Assembly (NCBI RefSeq): GCF_000829235.1
Contig: NZ_AP012549.1
Location: 1,140,001 to 1,172,000, forward strand
Length of the DNA: 32,000 bases
Direction: 5' to 3'
From: a cyanobacterium endosymbiont of Epithemia turgida isolate EtSB Lake Yunoko
GTDB lineage: Bacteria > Cyanobacteriota > Cyanobacteriia > Cyanobacteriales > Microcystaceae
Of the stretch, positions 10,054 to 21,145 are shown in pieces. Made by a program: the position numbers and the translations under genes. The notes beneath the pieces are model-generated. The model did not search any database. It was not told where the DNA came from and worked only from the letters and a program-made list of their open reading frames with translations. Within the stretch, counting starts at the first letter, position 1. Every line of letters starts with the position of its first letter.

Positions 10054-10453
10054 ATTAATGTTTAAATAAAAATAGAGAGAGTAGTAAATCAAGAACAGTT
10101 TAAATTTTTATAAAAAAAATATAATTTAACTTAATGAGTGTCAATAAAAAATTAAAAAGTAGTTAATAATGAATAATTACTAGATACTAATACGCTTAAA
10201 AATTTAGCTCATAGAATTAGTGAAGTAAGGACTATAAAAGTTTACTAGTGAGATATTCTCTCCAAAACTAAGACAAAAAAATTAAAAGCTAAATAAATTG
10301 TAGATTAAGTAAAGTCACCCAATCTACAATCAGAAAAACAATAATTACAGAAAATAATGTAAATCTACTCATTCAACCTCTTACTCAACATAAAACAACA
10401 AGTTTATTGTCACAGAATAAAGTTTAAAAAATATATACTAATATTTTTACCTG

Positions 10454-10491
10454 AACTAATCTCATTTTTCTAGAGAAAAATGAGATTAGTT
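10454..10491 (-). terminator. perfect 17-bp hairpin overlapping the stop codon of the DUF445 gene
   Basis: AACTAATCTCATTTTTC (10454-10470), loop TAGA, then GAAAAATGAGATTAGTT (10475-10491). The stop codon (10486-10488, minus strand) lies inside one arm. No canonical U-tract follows, so terminator function is not certain. Confidence 0.45.
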
Positions 10492-11736
10492 TGACTTTAA
10501 TAAAAATAAAAGTGTTTGTAAAATTCCTACCATAAATCCTAAGATTCCTCCCAGAGTTACAATAGCTTGTAACTCATTTTTAACTATTCCTTTAACTGCT
10601 ATTTCAAGATTTTCAGGAGTTGTAGCATTAACTCGATCAATAATTACTTGATCAATAGATAAAATTGGAATTGTATGAGCAACAATTTTTTCTAAATCTT
10701 CTTCGAAATATCCTTCTAAAAGGAAAGCTAATTCTTCGCTAATTTTTACAAAAAAAATACTTAATGTAGTTGATTTTTGCAATCTATTAATAATTAATAT
10801 TGCTAATTGATCCCAGTTAATTGTATTTTCAAAACCTTTAATAAATTGTGTGCCCCTGTTTTGTATATAATCTTGTACAGTTTCCCTAGTAGTTTTACGT
10901 AATTGTTTTACAGTGGAAACTGGTAAATTTTCTAAACAAAGACTTTGCAACCATTGCCGTAAACGACTACGAAGTTCTAAAGATAGTATTAATTCCTTGA
11001 AACGGGTATTAGCCATTTCTTGTTCTTCTAAACAAAAATTACGCAACCGTGTTAGGGTATTCTTGAGTCCAAATAAATTAGCGACTACCCAATAAGTTCC
11101 ACTGGTTTTTTCCCGAAATCCTTCATCAATTACTTGAATATTACGATCACTCAAAAAATCAATTAGAGTTTGCCTCAAAACATCGGGAGGGACAACTGTT
11201 TCTAGTAACCAGTCAGCAAACTGTCGCGTTTGGGTATCTGTTAAACGAAACTCAAGTAGAACCTGGTTAAAAATTTGATTAATTTGATATTCTAAGAAAT
11301 CTTGACGATGAGCAAATGCCTTTAGAAGTCGAGGCAAAGACTCACTAAATAAATCCCGCAAAATATCGGACAAAATTCTAGCTGTTTTTTGTTCTTTATC
11401 GTTTTTAATCTGTTTAATAGCTAAGGTAAATAACCAGAGAATAGCAGATTGTACTCGTTCAGTTTTGAGCAAACGTCGTGCTAACTTTTGCAACTCTTCT
11501 GGGGTCAAAAGCGATCCCATAATTGTATCTGAGACCTTTCTAGCTAAACGTTCTTGGTTACGAGGAATCAACCCTGGAGTGAAGGGGACACGACGCTTAC
11601 CAATATGAATAGCTCTATAAGGACGAAAAAGCATATTAATGGCTATATCATTGGTAAAGTAGCCAATAATCATACCCCCAGCTGGAGGTATGATTATTGT
11701 CCAGACTAACGATAAATCTAGGTTAGTGATGCTCAA
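10486..11736 (-). CDS. DUF445 family membrane protein
   Basis: 416 aa. The N-terminal [36 protein letters not shown] and the C-terminal TM segment match the DUF445 (YheB-like) pattern. Confidence 0.78.
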   Translation of the reverse strand: MSITNLDLSLVWTIIIPPAGGMIIGYFTNDIAINMLFRPYRAIHIGKRRVPFTPGLIPRNQERLARKVSDTIMGSLLTPEELQKLARRLLKTERVQSAILWLFTLAIKQIKNDKEQKTARILSDILRDLFSESLPRLLKAFAHRQDFLEYQINQIFNQVLLEFRLTDTQTRQFADWLLETVVPPDVLRQTLIDFLSDRNIQVIDEGFREKTSGTYWVVANLFGLKNTLTRLRNFCLEEQEMANTRFKELILSLELRSRLRQWLQSLCLENLPVSTVKQLRKTTRETVQDYIQNRGTQFIKGFENTINWDQLAILIINRLQKSTTLSIFFVKISEELAFLLEGYFEEDLEKIVAHTIPILSIDQVIIDRVNATTPENLEIAVKGIVKNELQAIVTLGGILGFMVGILQTLLFLLKSN

Positions 11737-11836
11737 GGGTTATCTGTACTTACTATAAATAAATGCTCCTCATCCCATTATGGACAATCGTGATGCTTAT
11801 TAAAGTATTGATATTGATCGATTAAATTTACTCCGA

Positions 11837-14800
11837 TCATCCTGTGTTCCTCATTCCTGCAGCAATTCCATTAATTGTTAACAACGCTCCCCGTAGTAAT
11901 TCCTCCTTAGAATAGCGGAAATGAACTACCCCAGATTCGGACTGATGAGTATATTGACGCAACCGCTTTAAGAGAGAAACTTGTAAAAATCCTAGAGGAA
12001 CAATGGTTCCATTGCGTAACTGAACCGAACGTTGTAGCCCGACATCACCATCGAGTAATTTTTGGTGCTTGGTAATAGAGAGAATAATATCACGAGTTAG
12101 GTAATATTCTTGAGATATTTGTTTAAAAACTCGATTAAATCGCTCTATATCTTCGGGTTTAGATAATTCTCTTACATAATGATGAGCAATTTGTAAATCT
12201 ACCTTAGATAGGGTCATTTCAACTTTAGAAACTACCATTTTGAAAAACGGCCACTTGAGGTAAAAATATCGCAATAACTTCAGATTTTCTTCTGTTTCTC
12301 GATCTCGAAAACTTTGTAGAGCGGTTCCTACTCCATACCAAGCTGGTAAAAGAAAACGACTCTGAGTCCAACTAAACACCCAAGGAATAGCGCGTAAGCT
12401 ACTCAGATCTTTTATACCGCTTTTGCGTCGTGCGGGACGAGAACTAATTTGCAATTGGCTAATTTCAGGAATGGGAGTTACTGACAAGAAGAAATCTAAA
12501 AAATCTGGCTGTTCGTAAATTAGCGCCCGATAGGCTTTTCTAGCAGTTTTAGCTAACTCGTCCATAATTCCATTCCAAGAGGTGATATCATCAAAACCAC
12601 TTCCTAATAAACTCGACTGAATCACGGCAGTGGTGGCGGTTTCTAGGTTATACAAGGCTAATTCAGGAAGGGAATACTTAGAAGCTAACACTTCTCCTTG
12701 TTCCGTAATTTTAATTCGTCCGTTAATGGTAGAAGTAGGTTGAGCTAAAATTGCCGCATAGGCAGGACCGCCCCCTCGCCCTACTGATCCACCCCGTCCA
12801 TGAAACAATCTTAAATCAATACCATGAGGTTGAGCCACTTTTTGTAGGGCTTTTTGAGCTTTGTGGATTTCCCAGTTACTGCTGAGAAACCCTGAATCTT
12901 TGTTACTGTCGGAATACCCCACCATGATCTCTTGCAGGTTAGTCGGTTGTAATGCCGAAAGAGACACAGGGGTGGGCTTGTTCGAGTTATTAGAGCATTG
13001 AAGTTGATCGTATCCACCCGCCAAAGCTGCACGATACAGGGGTAATTGGAATAAATCTCCCATCACTTGTGGAGCACGTTTTAAGTCGTCTACCGTTTCA
13101 AACAAAGGCACAATGCGAATGGTAGTTGTACTAATTGCTGGATCATAAAGTCCTGCTTCTTTTGCTAACAATAGGACTTCTAGAACATCGCTGACATAGT
13201 TAGTCATACTGATAATGTAGGTTTGGCAGATTTCTAAGCCAAACTCTTGTTGCAGGTAGCGCAACATCCGCATAGTTTCGAGAGTTTCACTGTGCTCGGC
13301 TTTTTTAAACTGCATCCCTGTGGGAATTAAGGGCCGTCTGGTACCTAGTTCTTGTATCAACCACTTCACTTTCTCTTCTTCGGGAAGCTGGTTATATGGT
13401 TGAGGCAGAATATCTAAGTATTCGGCAATTTCTTCTATAGCATCAGAATGACGGGAGGAGTCTTGACGAAAGTCTAACTGCGTCAGGGTAAAGCCAAATA
13501 TTTCGGCTTGAAAGAGTAAGTTTTCGAGTTCTTGACAATTGAGTCCGGTTTCTTCAAGATTTCGTTTAATGAGTTCTAAATCTTGCCAAAACTCTGTTCC
13601 CGAATGATAAATATTCTGTCCCGTCAGACTAGAAAGCAATTGTCTTTGTTCTGGGTTTGCCAAACGATCATTGCGGTCACGGGTATTTTCTAATCGTTTT
13701 TGAATATAAGATAATTTTAAACGATAGGGTTCGTGCCGGTAACGGATAGCCAGTTGTTCATAAATCTCTGGCATGGCTGAGCGGTCAAGTTCTAGGGCAT
13801 CAAGTAAGTCTTGGGAAACATTGCTCCAGTGGAGGGAAACACTTAACAGTTCTGTTAAATTCTCAATAGAGTGCAAATACTTCTCCAACACCAAGTTGCG
13901 CTGATAACAGGCTGTCTGCCAAGTTACTTCTGGGGTAACAAAGGGGTTGCCATCACGATCACCCCCGACCCAAGAACCGAAACGACAAAAGGTACTACGG
14001 GGAGGATGTAACCAGGGAAAAGACGACTTCAAGGCTCGTTGTAATCGTTTAGACAGTTGGGGTAGGGCATCAAATAAGACTTCATCGAAGTAGTGGAGGG
14101 CATAGTCCACTTCATCGAGAACACTGGGTTTAAATTGGTGAAGTTCATCAGTGCGCCACCAAAGACGGATTTCTTCTGTGAGTTGTTCCTTAGCGGTTTG
14201 AGCTTCCCAAGAGTTGTTCAGTCCCATCCCCCGAAACGATTCTTCAGCTTGATCCAAGCGTTGTAGAATGCCCACAATACGCTGTTGTTTACGTCGGATC
14301 GTATGGCGAACAATTTCAGTAGGGTGGGCTGTAAAAATTAGACGGATGTCAAGTTGATTAAGCAGCCGTTGAACTTGTTGGGGCGGAACATTAAGTTGTT
14401 TTAATAGAGGGAATAACCAGTGAAAAGTTCCAGCTTTATCAGAGACAATATCACCTTCAAAACGTTTTTCTAAAAAGTTTACCTGTTTTGATGGGCCGTA
14501 GATTTCTTTTTCCTGTTTATTTGGAGATTTATTTTCATTTCCGGCACAGGTCGCGCGTCTTATCAACTGTTGCTCTCGTTGTTCGTAATGTTGCTCAACA
14601 ATGTTAATTAGTTGAAAATAAAGAGCAAATGCTCTAGCTGCCCGAATCGCTTCATTAAGTTCTAATCGTTCAATAAGCTCGGTGATCGAGGCTTCAGGGA
14701 TACTTGTCACCTGTCCCTCAGGAGAACACATCGTACGAAGTTGTTTTAGTAAATCTACCAATTCCTGACCACATTCAGCTTTTAACACCGCCTCCCATAA

Positions 14801-14902
14801 ATCTTCAACAAGTTTGAGACGGTGACGTAAAAATAAGTCGGAAGTCGAAAAAACGTTAATGTCTCCGACCATGAATTTAGATGATTCATGCAACGAATTC
14901 AT
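11837..14902 (-). CDS. ppc: phosphoenolpyruvate carboxylase
   Basis: 1021 aa with [25 protein letters not shown] and [14 protein letters not shown] motifs and the C-terminal GMRNTG signature. Confidence 0.97.
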   Translation of the reverse strand: MNSLHESSKFMVGDINVFSTSDLFLRHRLKLVEDLWEAVLKAECGQELVDLLKQLRTMCSPEGQVTSIPEASITELIERLELNEAIRAARAFALYFQLINIVEQHYEQREQQLIRRATCAGNENKSPNKQEKEIYGPSKQVNFLEKRFEGDIVSDKAGTFHWLFPLLKQLNVPPQQVQRLLNQLDIRLIFTAHPTEIVRHTIRRKQQRIVGILQRLDQAEESFRGMGLNNSWEAQTAKEQLTEEIRLWWRTDELHQFKPSVLDEVDYALHYFDEVLFDALPQLSKRLQRALKSSFPWLHPPRSTFCRFGSWVGGDRDGNPFVTPEVTWQTACYQRNLVLEKYLHSIENLTELLSVSLHWSNVSQDLLDALELDRSAMPEIYEQLAIRYRHEPYRLKLSYIQKRLENTRDRNDRLANPEQRQLLSSLTGQNIYHSGTEFWQDLELIKRNLEETGLNCQELENLLFQAEIFGFTLTQLDFRQDSSRHSDAIEEIAEYLDILPQPYNQLPEEEKVKWLIQELGTRRPLIPTGMQFKKAEHSETLETMRMLRYLQQEFGLEICQTYIISMTNYVSDVLEVLLLAKEAGLYDPAISTTTIRIVPLFETVDDLKRAPQVMGDLFQLPLYRAALAGGYDQLQCSNNSNKPTPVSLSALQPTNLQEIMVGYSDSNKDSGFLSSNWEIHKAQKALQKVAQPHGIDLRLFHGRGGSVGRGGGPAYAAILAQPTSTINGRIKITEQGEVLASKYSLPELALYNLETATTAVIQSSLLGSGFDDITSWNGIMDELAKTARKAYRALIYEQPDFLDFFLSVTPIPEISQLQISSRPARRKSGIKDLSSLRAIPWVFSWTQSRFLLPAWYGVGTALQSFRDRETEENLKLLRYFYLKWPFFKMVVSKVEMTLSKVDLQIAHHYVRELSKPEDIERFNRVFKQISQEYYLTRDIILSITKHQKLLDGDVGLQRSVQLRNGTIVPLGFLQVSLLKRLRQYTHQSESGVVHFRYSKEELLRGALLTINGIAAGMRNTG

Positions 14903-15098
14903 GGGAACCTCAGGGACGTTCTATAAACCTAGTAAGGATGGAAATCTTCAGGAATCGAGAGCAGCATAAAGATCATTTTTTTCTTTTGAGAACTTAGATA
15001 GTTAAATTTATTTTAGTTAGAGTAAGTGTTTGCTAAATTTTTCTTGGCCCAGCAATCCCCATCATTCTATCGGTTCTTGTCTGGATTAGAAATTAATC

Positions 15099-15133
15099 TA
15101 AACTATAATTGGCAAAAATTTAATTATAGTTTA
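15099..15133 (-). terminator. perfect 12-bp hairpin overlapping the stop codon of the small ORF 15131-15334
   Basis: TAAACTATAATT (15099-15110), loop GGCAAAAATTT, then AATTATAGTTTA (15122-15133). The stop codon at 15131-15133 lies inside one arm. Confidence 0.4.
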
Positions 15134-15334
15134 AGAAAGTGGATTGATTGAACTGCTGTCAGTAAAATTGAGGATAGGCAAGCGATCACCCCGAAATACT
15201 TCTTCGCTAGCCTCTCCCAACTTTCCTAATTTCTGAGTAATTTTATGTACCATAAGCAAACTACCCAAAAACGGAGTAGTTGCTAAACTTAAGTAGACAA
15301 TGATAGGAGGGAGGGGCTGATTAACTTGGCTCAC
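15131..15334 (-). CDS. small hypothetical membrane protein (67 aa)
   Basis: ATG start, one hydrophobic helix (IIVYLSLATTPFLGSLLMV), and a stop codon embedded in a perfect hairpin as at two clearly real genes. I do not recognise the family. Confidence 0.4.
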   Translation of the reverse strand: MSQVNQPLPPIIVYLSLATTPFLGSLLMVHKITQKLGKLGEASEEVFRGDRLPILNFTDSSSINPLS

Positions 15335-15982
15335 AGATCATTACTCCTGATGCTAGATTACTGTTTTTATCATATACTCTTCTTTCTTTTTTGACAGTAT
15401 TACAGGTTACGATGAACTTTTTTAAGTTTATTTCTGTTAATGCTAATAAGGAAAAAGCCATGGTAAATTATTAAAATGTCAGGAATAATTTGATTAGTTA
15501 AAATAAATAAAAATATGATAGCGAAAGACAGAGTCGTTTATTCAAGAAATGTCTATAATCAATTTTGTATATTGAATGAGTTAAAGCTTACTTTATTTAA
15601 ATTTCTAATTTAGAACGGCAATAGCTTACCCTAGTTTATTTCCATATAAACCTTATTTTTGATAGGATATTTATAATTATTTAGCTACAGGTTTTGTTTC
15701 TATCTATTCACTATAATTAAAAGTGATTGCGCTATATTTTTTCTATATTCTATTAAGCTAAACCTCTGGCAATAAATAAGGAGAAGAATTATATATTCGT
15801 AGTTTAATGCAAATTATTACATTCAACAAAGCCAGTGTTAATTAACACTATTATGTTTCCTATAAAGATTAGTCTGTTCCAGATTTAAACAGTTGTTTTA
15901 ACTGTTATGTTCTAATTGTTACTGGATACAATCAAGGCAATTATACCACCGTAGCTATCTATTCAAAAATTAACCATTAACT

Positions 15983-17812
15983 ATGATGTCTTTTTATGAA
16001 CCTCTACATCATAAATACCGTCCCCAAACATTCGCTGACGTAGTGGGACAAGAAGTAATCACCACCACTTTAATAAATGCGATCATCTCCCGAAAAATTG
16101 CTCCTGCTTACTTGCTTACAGGACCTAGGGGAACAGGTAAAACCTCCTCGGCACGAATTTTAGCCAAATCGCTTAATTGTCAACAAGTCGAAAATCCTAC
16201 TTCCATTCCTTGTGGTAATTGCGAAGTATGTCGAACAATTTCCAGAGGATTGGCCCTAGATGTCATTGAAATTGACGCAGCTAGTAACACAGGAGTCGAT
16301 AATATTCGAGAACTTATCGAAAAGGCGCAATTTGCACCTGTTCAGTGTCGCTATAAGATATTCATCATTGATGAATGTCATATGCTTAGTATAGCGGCAT
16401 TTAATGCTCTTCTCAAAACCTTAGAAGAACCTCCGGATCGAGTAATTTTTGTCCTCGTCACCACCGATCCTCAAAGAGTTTTACCAACAATTATCTCTCG
16501 TTGTCAAAGGTTTGATTACCGACGTATTCCTATAGAAGCCATGGTGGGTCATCTAAGTAAAATTGCTCACCAAGAAGCAATTGATATTGCTGATGAAGCT
16601 CTAATATTAATCGCCCAAATTGCTAATGGGGGATTACGAGATGCTGAAAGTCTTATGGATCAATTAAGTTTATTATCGGGGACTATTACCTCAGAGAAAG
16701 TCTGGGACCTAGTTGGAGCAATTTCTGAACAAGATTTATTGAAACTATTACAGGCGATTTCCTCAGATACCCCAGAATTAGTGATAGATAACTGTCGTAA
16801 TTTAACGAACCGGGGAAAAGAACCTTTAGTTGTCCTGCAGTACTTAGCAGGATTTTACCTCAACCTTTTGATTGCCAAAACAGCCCCCAATCGCTCTGAT
16901 ATAGCAACCGTAACAGCCGCAACTTGGCAAGCTTTATCTACTGAAGTACAAAAGTGGGAAGTTGAGACTATTCTACAAGGACAACAATGTCTTAAAGAAA
17001 GTGAAGTTCAACTAAGGAATACTACTCAACCCCGTTTATGGTTAGAAGTCACCCTTTTAAGTTTATTGCCATCAGCTTTTCATTCCCAAACCGTTTTTAA
17101 GTCTAATAACAAAGTAGAAGTTAGAAAAGAAGAGGTAATAGATAAAACACAGGAGATAACACACACCATTTCTCCCTTGTCCAACCACACCTCTAAAATA
17201 CACATATCCTCTCAAGATTCTAATATTTTACAAGCGGAAAAGACGATAACAGATGTAATACTTAATGTCAATGAAACATGGTCGTTAGTTTTAGGAAAAT
17301 TGCAACCTTTTACTCAAGATTTAGTCAGATCTAATTGTCATCTTCTTAATTTAGATGAGTCGACGGCCTATATTGAAGTTCGTAGCCAAGGATTACTCAA
17401 ATTAGTCCAAGGAAAAATTACTAATCTTGAGGCATCTTTTGTCGAGGTTTGCCAACGTCCTATTAAGGTTGATTTAAAAGTAGCTTCCTCTTGTAATATA
17501 ACTTCTACAAGTCCCCAAACTATTCAACTGTCGCCGTCAAATCTTCCTCCAGTTAACAATAATCAAACTTCACAACCTATTAACTTACAAGTAATTACCC
17601 GGTTTCATCATTCTAATGATAATAATAATGACTTAATAACTCAAACTCCTAAATCTGAAATAGAATTACAGTCTCAACTAGAAATTACTTGTCCTAACAA
17701 GGATACTGGTTTCAGTGATACTTCTGGTAGTATTGCGATTAAAAAAATTGAAGAAGCTGCTAAAAATTTAGCCAAAATGTTTGATGGAAAAATTATTGAT
17801 TTATCTCATTGA
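15983..17812 (+). CDS. dnaX: DNA polymerase III subunit gamma/tau
   Basis: 609 aa with YRPQTF, Walker A GPRGTGKTS, the Zn module CGNCEVC, DECHML and SRCQRF. The C-terminal half is divergent and S/N/Q/T-rich. Confidence 0.93.
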   Translation: MMSFYEPLHHKYRPQTFADVVGQEVITTTLINAIISRKIAPAYLLTGPRGTGKTSSARILAKSLNCQQVENPTSIPCGNCEVCRTISRGLALDVIEIDAASNTGVDNIRELIEKAQFAPVQCRYKIFIIDECHMLSIAAFNALLKTLEEPPDRVIFVLVTTDPQRVLPTIISRCQRFDYRRIPIEAMVGHLSKIAHQEAIDIADEALILIAQIANGGLRDAESLMDQLSLLSGTITSEKVWDLVGAISEQDLLKLLQAISSDTPELVIDNCRNLTNRGKEPLVVLQYLAGFYLNLLIAKTAPNRSDIATVTAATWQALSTEVQKWEVETILQGQQCLKESEVQLRNTTQPRLWLEVTLLSLLPSAFHSQTVFKSNNKVEVRKEEVIDKTQEITHTISPLSNHTSKIHISSQDSNILQAEKTITDVILNVNETWSLVLGKLQPFTQDLVRSNCHLLNLDESTAYIEVRSQGLLKLVQGKITNLEASFVEVCQRPIKVDLKVASSCNITSTSPQTIQLSPSNLPPVNNNQTSQPINLQVITRFHHSNDNNNDLITQTPKSEIELQSQLEITCPNKDTGFSDTSGSIAIKKIEEAAKNLAKMFDGKIIDLSH

Positions 17813-18872
17813 TTTTACAGTATATTTTCCAATATATTTGAAAAATATTAAAAAGTTAATAAATATTATTTATCCCCACTATCACAACCATTTTTAGGAA
17901 ATTATAAAGTTTAAGATTCTTTTCTCGCTGAAACGATTTATCAACAGCAATTTAGAAATCAGAATAGAAAATTTAGATCTAACTCAATCAAGTTCATATT
18001 TGTTACAGAAACCATTTATATAAAAATTAGAAATATATAATAATCAGTTAAATTAATCAGTTTATTTAGAAAAAATAGATAATATAGACGCGATTACTCA
18101 GAGAGTTAAATCTAATTAATCTGCTTTAGATAATCCCTTAAAAATTATAAGATATAATACACAAGAAACTAAGTCAAAACTTTATGTGCAAGAACAACAA
18201 AAAATCATAGATAATGAAGAAAATCTAGAATTTTAACAAGAATATATTTTAAAAATTTACTTATCACAGTTTAAAATGGAGGTATATAGCTTAAATAAAA
18301 AATTTTAATCATATTAAAATTTACTATATATAAATTAATTATCAATCAATTATTGATTAATTATAAAATTTTTAAAAATTCATTTTTTATAATAAAAAGT
18401 AATTTATTAGATTTAGTTATGTATTTTTTTAAAAAATACAAAATTATCACCTGATGAATTGATAAATAAATTTAAATACAATTATAAAAAATAAGAAAAA
18501 TTATATGAAGCAATTTAAAATTATAAAATAATATAAAATTATAAACAAAAATATATTTCTGTTAAATTATTAAAAATAAAAACATAAAACAAACTTCAAC
18601 AATCCCAAAAGAATGAAAGTCTATAAAACAAATCAAAAAAAATTAGTTATACGGAACAACGAAAACAATAAAATTATTAACTCGGAAAGCTGTACAATGG
18701 TTAAAAGATATTGACATTACCTTAGATGAAGGATTTTGGTTGTAAAAATTTTCTGTTTCCTATCCATCTAAATTAGAAGCCACACTCAATTATATTGCTG
18801 TTTTCAATGATCTATCCTAAAAGATAGTTAGATATTACAACTTTTTTTGCTGAGCTGAAAGTCTTGTAAAGT

Positions 18873-18906
18873 ATAATGATTAAGATTTTATAATCTTAAT
18901 CATTAT
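18873..18906. repeat. perfect inverted repeat: 15-bp stem, 4-nt loop
   Basis: ATAATGATTAAGATT (18873-18887), loop TTAT, then AATCTTAATCATTAT (18892-18906). Confidence 0.9.
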
Positions 18907-19249
18907 TGATAACTAAGTCTTTTTAGCTACAGAACAAAGTCATTAACTAAAAATTTTTAAGATTATTAACTACTAATTTATTTAATATTTAGTTTTTGAG
19001 ATAATTTTCAGGTTATTTTTTGTGGTTAATATCTATGATTGTATTAAATAAAAATAAAACTTTGAACAGGTAGAAAATGCTTTTGTACGATTAGTGAATT
19101 TAGAAAAAAATAAGAGAACGCTCATTATAGCCTTTCTGGTGTGAATACAAAAGAAACCTGGAATTATTTGAGCACAAGTTTATCGTCATAATACTGAGTA
19201 AAACATGGCTGCTGTTGGAGAAAAAATTAATATCAAAAATATTCAATAA

Positions 19250-20070
19250 GTAGTCAATAAATATTATTAAGTTGCGGCAGATTATTTAATATACTTTTCA
19301 TTAAGTGAGTTATTTTTAAAATTCTTTTATTGATGATGAAGGATAATTGTTGTGGGAACCTACCGATTCTATTGGACAGATACTTACCGTGAATTCCTTG
19401 AAAAATATACGTTCAAAAGCAACTCTTATTTTATCTTTGAGCTAATTTATTGCATGTTGTAATTGTGGTCCATCTTCTTGTAATAGGGAGTTAAGCTGGT
19501 TATTATAATCTGTTATTTTGGCTATTTTAGCAAAATTTTGCTTTGTAAGACTTCGAATATCCTAAAAACTTGATTACATAAAGATTTAGCTTTTAGATCC
19601 AAAGAATACAGTCATCATTATATTTTCATGAATTACTAACTACTAATCTATCAGACTTCTTCTGAAGAAACAGGAATTATTTCTTTAAAGCCAATAGAAC
19701 AATTTTTTGCTAGATTAAGGGTTGTATCTAAACTAATCAATATCTGATTTTATCAAGCTAATTCATATTCATGTTAATTCTCCTAAAGGAATATTTAACC
19801 CTAATGTAGGGAATAGCAAAATAACTGAAAGCATGACTTTGATGGGGATTAAATTGTTCAATGGTACAAATTAATTTTAAATAACCAATTTGTGATAAAT
19901 CTTCATAAAGTTCTGAACACTTATTGCTTACATTATAAGTAACTTGAGGAACCAATCCGAATGTGGTGACTCAACCAATTTATTACACAAGGACAGAGAG
20001 GAGTTTCTCGAATAAGTAATTAAAAGTTACATGCCTTCTTTCTACATTGTTTTACTTAGTTTCCATTGAT
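19250..20070 (-). pseudogene. group-3 (SigF-like) RNA polymerase sigma factor pseudogene
   Basis: The minus-strand translation is colinear with SigF as I recall it: region 2 LVPQVTYNVSNKCSELYEDLSQIGYLKLICTIEQFNPHQSHAFSYFAIPYIR; region 3/4 boundary LLQEDGPQLQHAIN*L; region 4 HTH YLSNRIGRFPQQLSFIINKRILKITHLM. There are several in-frame stops and no intact start. The outer boundaries are approximate. Confidence 0.72.
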
Positions 20071-20242
20071 ACCTCTGTTATTGAACAATATTGATAGCTT
20101 AAAAATAATTAACTTAGGTCATCAATTGTTCTATTCATCAAAAAATTGGACTATGGGCATTACACGAAAATCTTACAAAACTTGTATATCTTCCCCTTAG
20201 TAAAATACACAAGTTTTACAAGGTTGAGAAAATGGCAGGTTA

Positions 20243-20277
20243 ATCTTTAGTCAATGTTGTCGTAATTGACTAAAGAT
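20243..20277. repeat. perfect inverted repeat: 13-bp stem, 9-nt loop, about 140 nt upstream of the BI-1 gene
   Basis: ATCTTTAGTCAAT (20243-20255), loop GTTGTCGTA, then ATTGACTAAAGAT (20265-20277). Confidence 0.9.
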
Positions 20278-20413
20278 ATTTTCCTAATCAACCCATATTT
20301 ATTATGGATTCAGAAATTACATTCGGTATTTTCAACTAGCTGCTCGGTCTCGATTTTGGCTATAAAACTTAAGTAAGTCCTTAAAATCAATTAAAGGTAG
20401 TAGAACAGATTCT

Positions 20414-21145
20414 ATGAGTAACACCAGTAATTTTCGTAACGCCATTCGTGATGTGAAGGGTCAATCTCTTATTGGACCCAATGTCATTGCTAACGCCCTA
20501 CCCTATCTTGGAGGCGGATTGGTGCTAACAGCTGTTGGCACTTATGGGGGATTAGGGGTGATTCAATCCTATCCCAATCTATTTTTTCCCTTCTTAATTG
20601 CAGCATTGATTATCGAGTTTGTCCTGTTTTTTGTTGCTTGTAATGTAGCTGAACAAGGCAATAATGATACAGCTTTACCTCTACTAGCTCTTTATAGTCT
20701 TCTTTTTGGGTATACTCTTAGTGGAGTAGTTTTTGTCGCTTTAGGAACCCAAGGAGTTGGGCTAGAAGGTATTGCCGTTGCTGCTGGAGGTTGTGGCATT
20801 GTTTTTATGGCAGCTCGCAGTATTGGGTCCAATCTTTCTGAACAAGATGGTATGGCTTTAACTAAAACCATTAGCTTAGGGGTTATTTCCCTATTAGTGG
20901 TAATGATTGGTCAAGTACTGTTTGCCTTATTTGGGGTTTATACACCGACTTGGTTAGACATTGCTATCTCTGGTCTTGGGGTATTTCTGTTTGCTGGAGC
21001 CGCCGTGGTAGATTTTTATATTTTACCTCGTACCTATCGTAACGATCAGTATCTCTCGGCAGCCCTGTCGATGTACCTGACCTATATTAACCTGTTCATC
21101 TTTATCTTACGTCTTTTGATTTCTATCAACAGTCGCGACGACTAA
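20414..21145 (+). CDS. Bax inhibitor-1/YccA family membrane protein
   Basis: 243 aa with about 7 predicted TM helices, a short polar N-terminus and the typical size and topology of cyanobacterial BI-1/UPF0005 proteins. Confidence 0.72.
   Translation: MSNTSNFRNAIRDVKGQSLIGPNVIANALPYLGGGLVLTAVGTYGGLGVIQSYPNLFFPFLIAALIIEFVLFFVACNVAEQGNNDTALPLLALYSLLFGYTLSGVVFVALGTQGVGLEGIAVAAGGCGIVFMAARSIGSNLSEQDGMALTKTISLGVISLLVVMIGQVLFALFGVYTPTWLDIAISGLGVFLFAGAAVVDFYILPRTYRNDQYLSAALSMYLTYINLFIFILRLLISINSRDD

Noticed and set aside
8184-10485. CRISPR array or tandem-repeat array in the AT-rich deserts (also 17813-19249 and 22984-24725).
   Set aside because: I could see no regularly spaced direct repeats of 25-40 nt. 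The repetitiveness is homopolymer and low-complexity A/T only.
17741-17750. An A-rich run (TTAAAAAAATTG) in dnaX as a possible programmed -1 frameshift site like the E. coli tau/gamma site.
   Set aside because: It lies about 20 codons from the C-terminus, not at the domain III/IV boundary, and has no downstream stem-loop. A shortened gamma product could not arise here.
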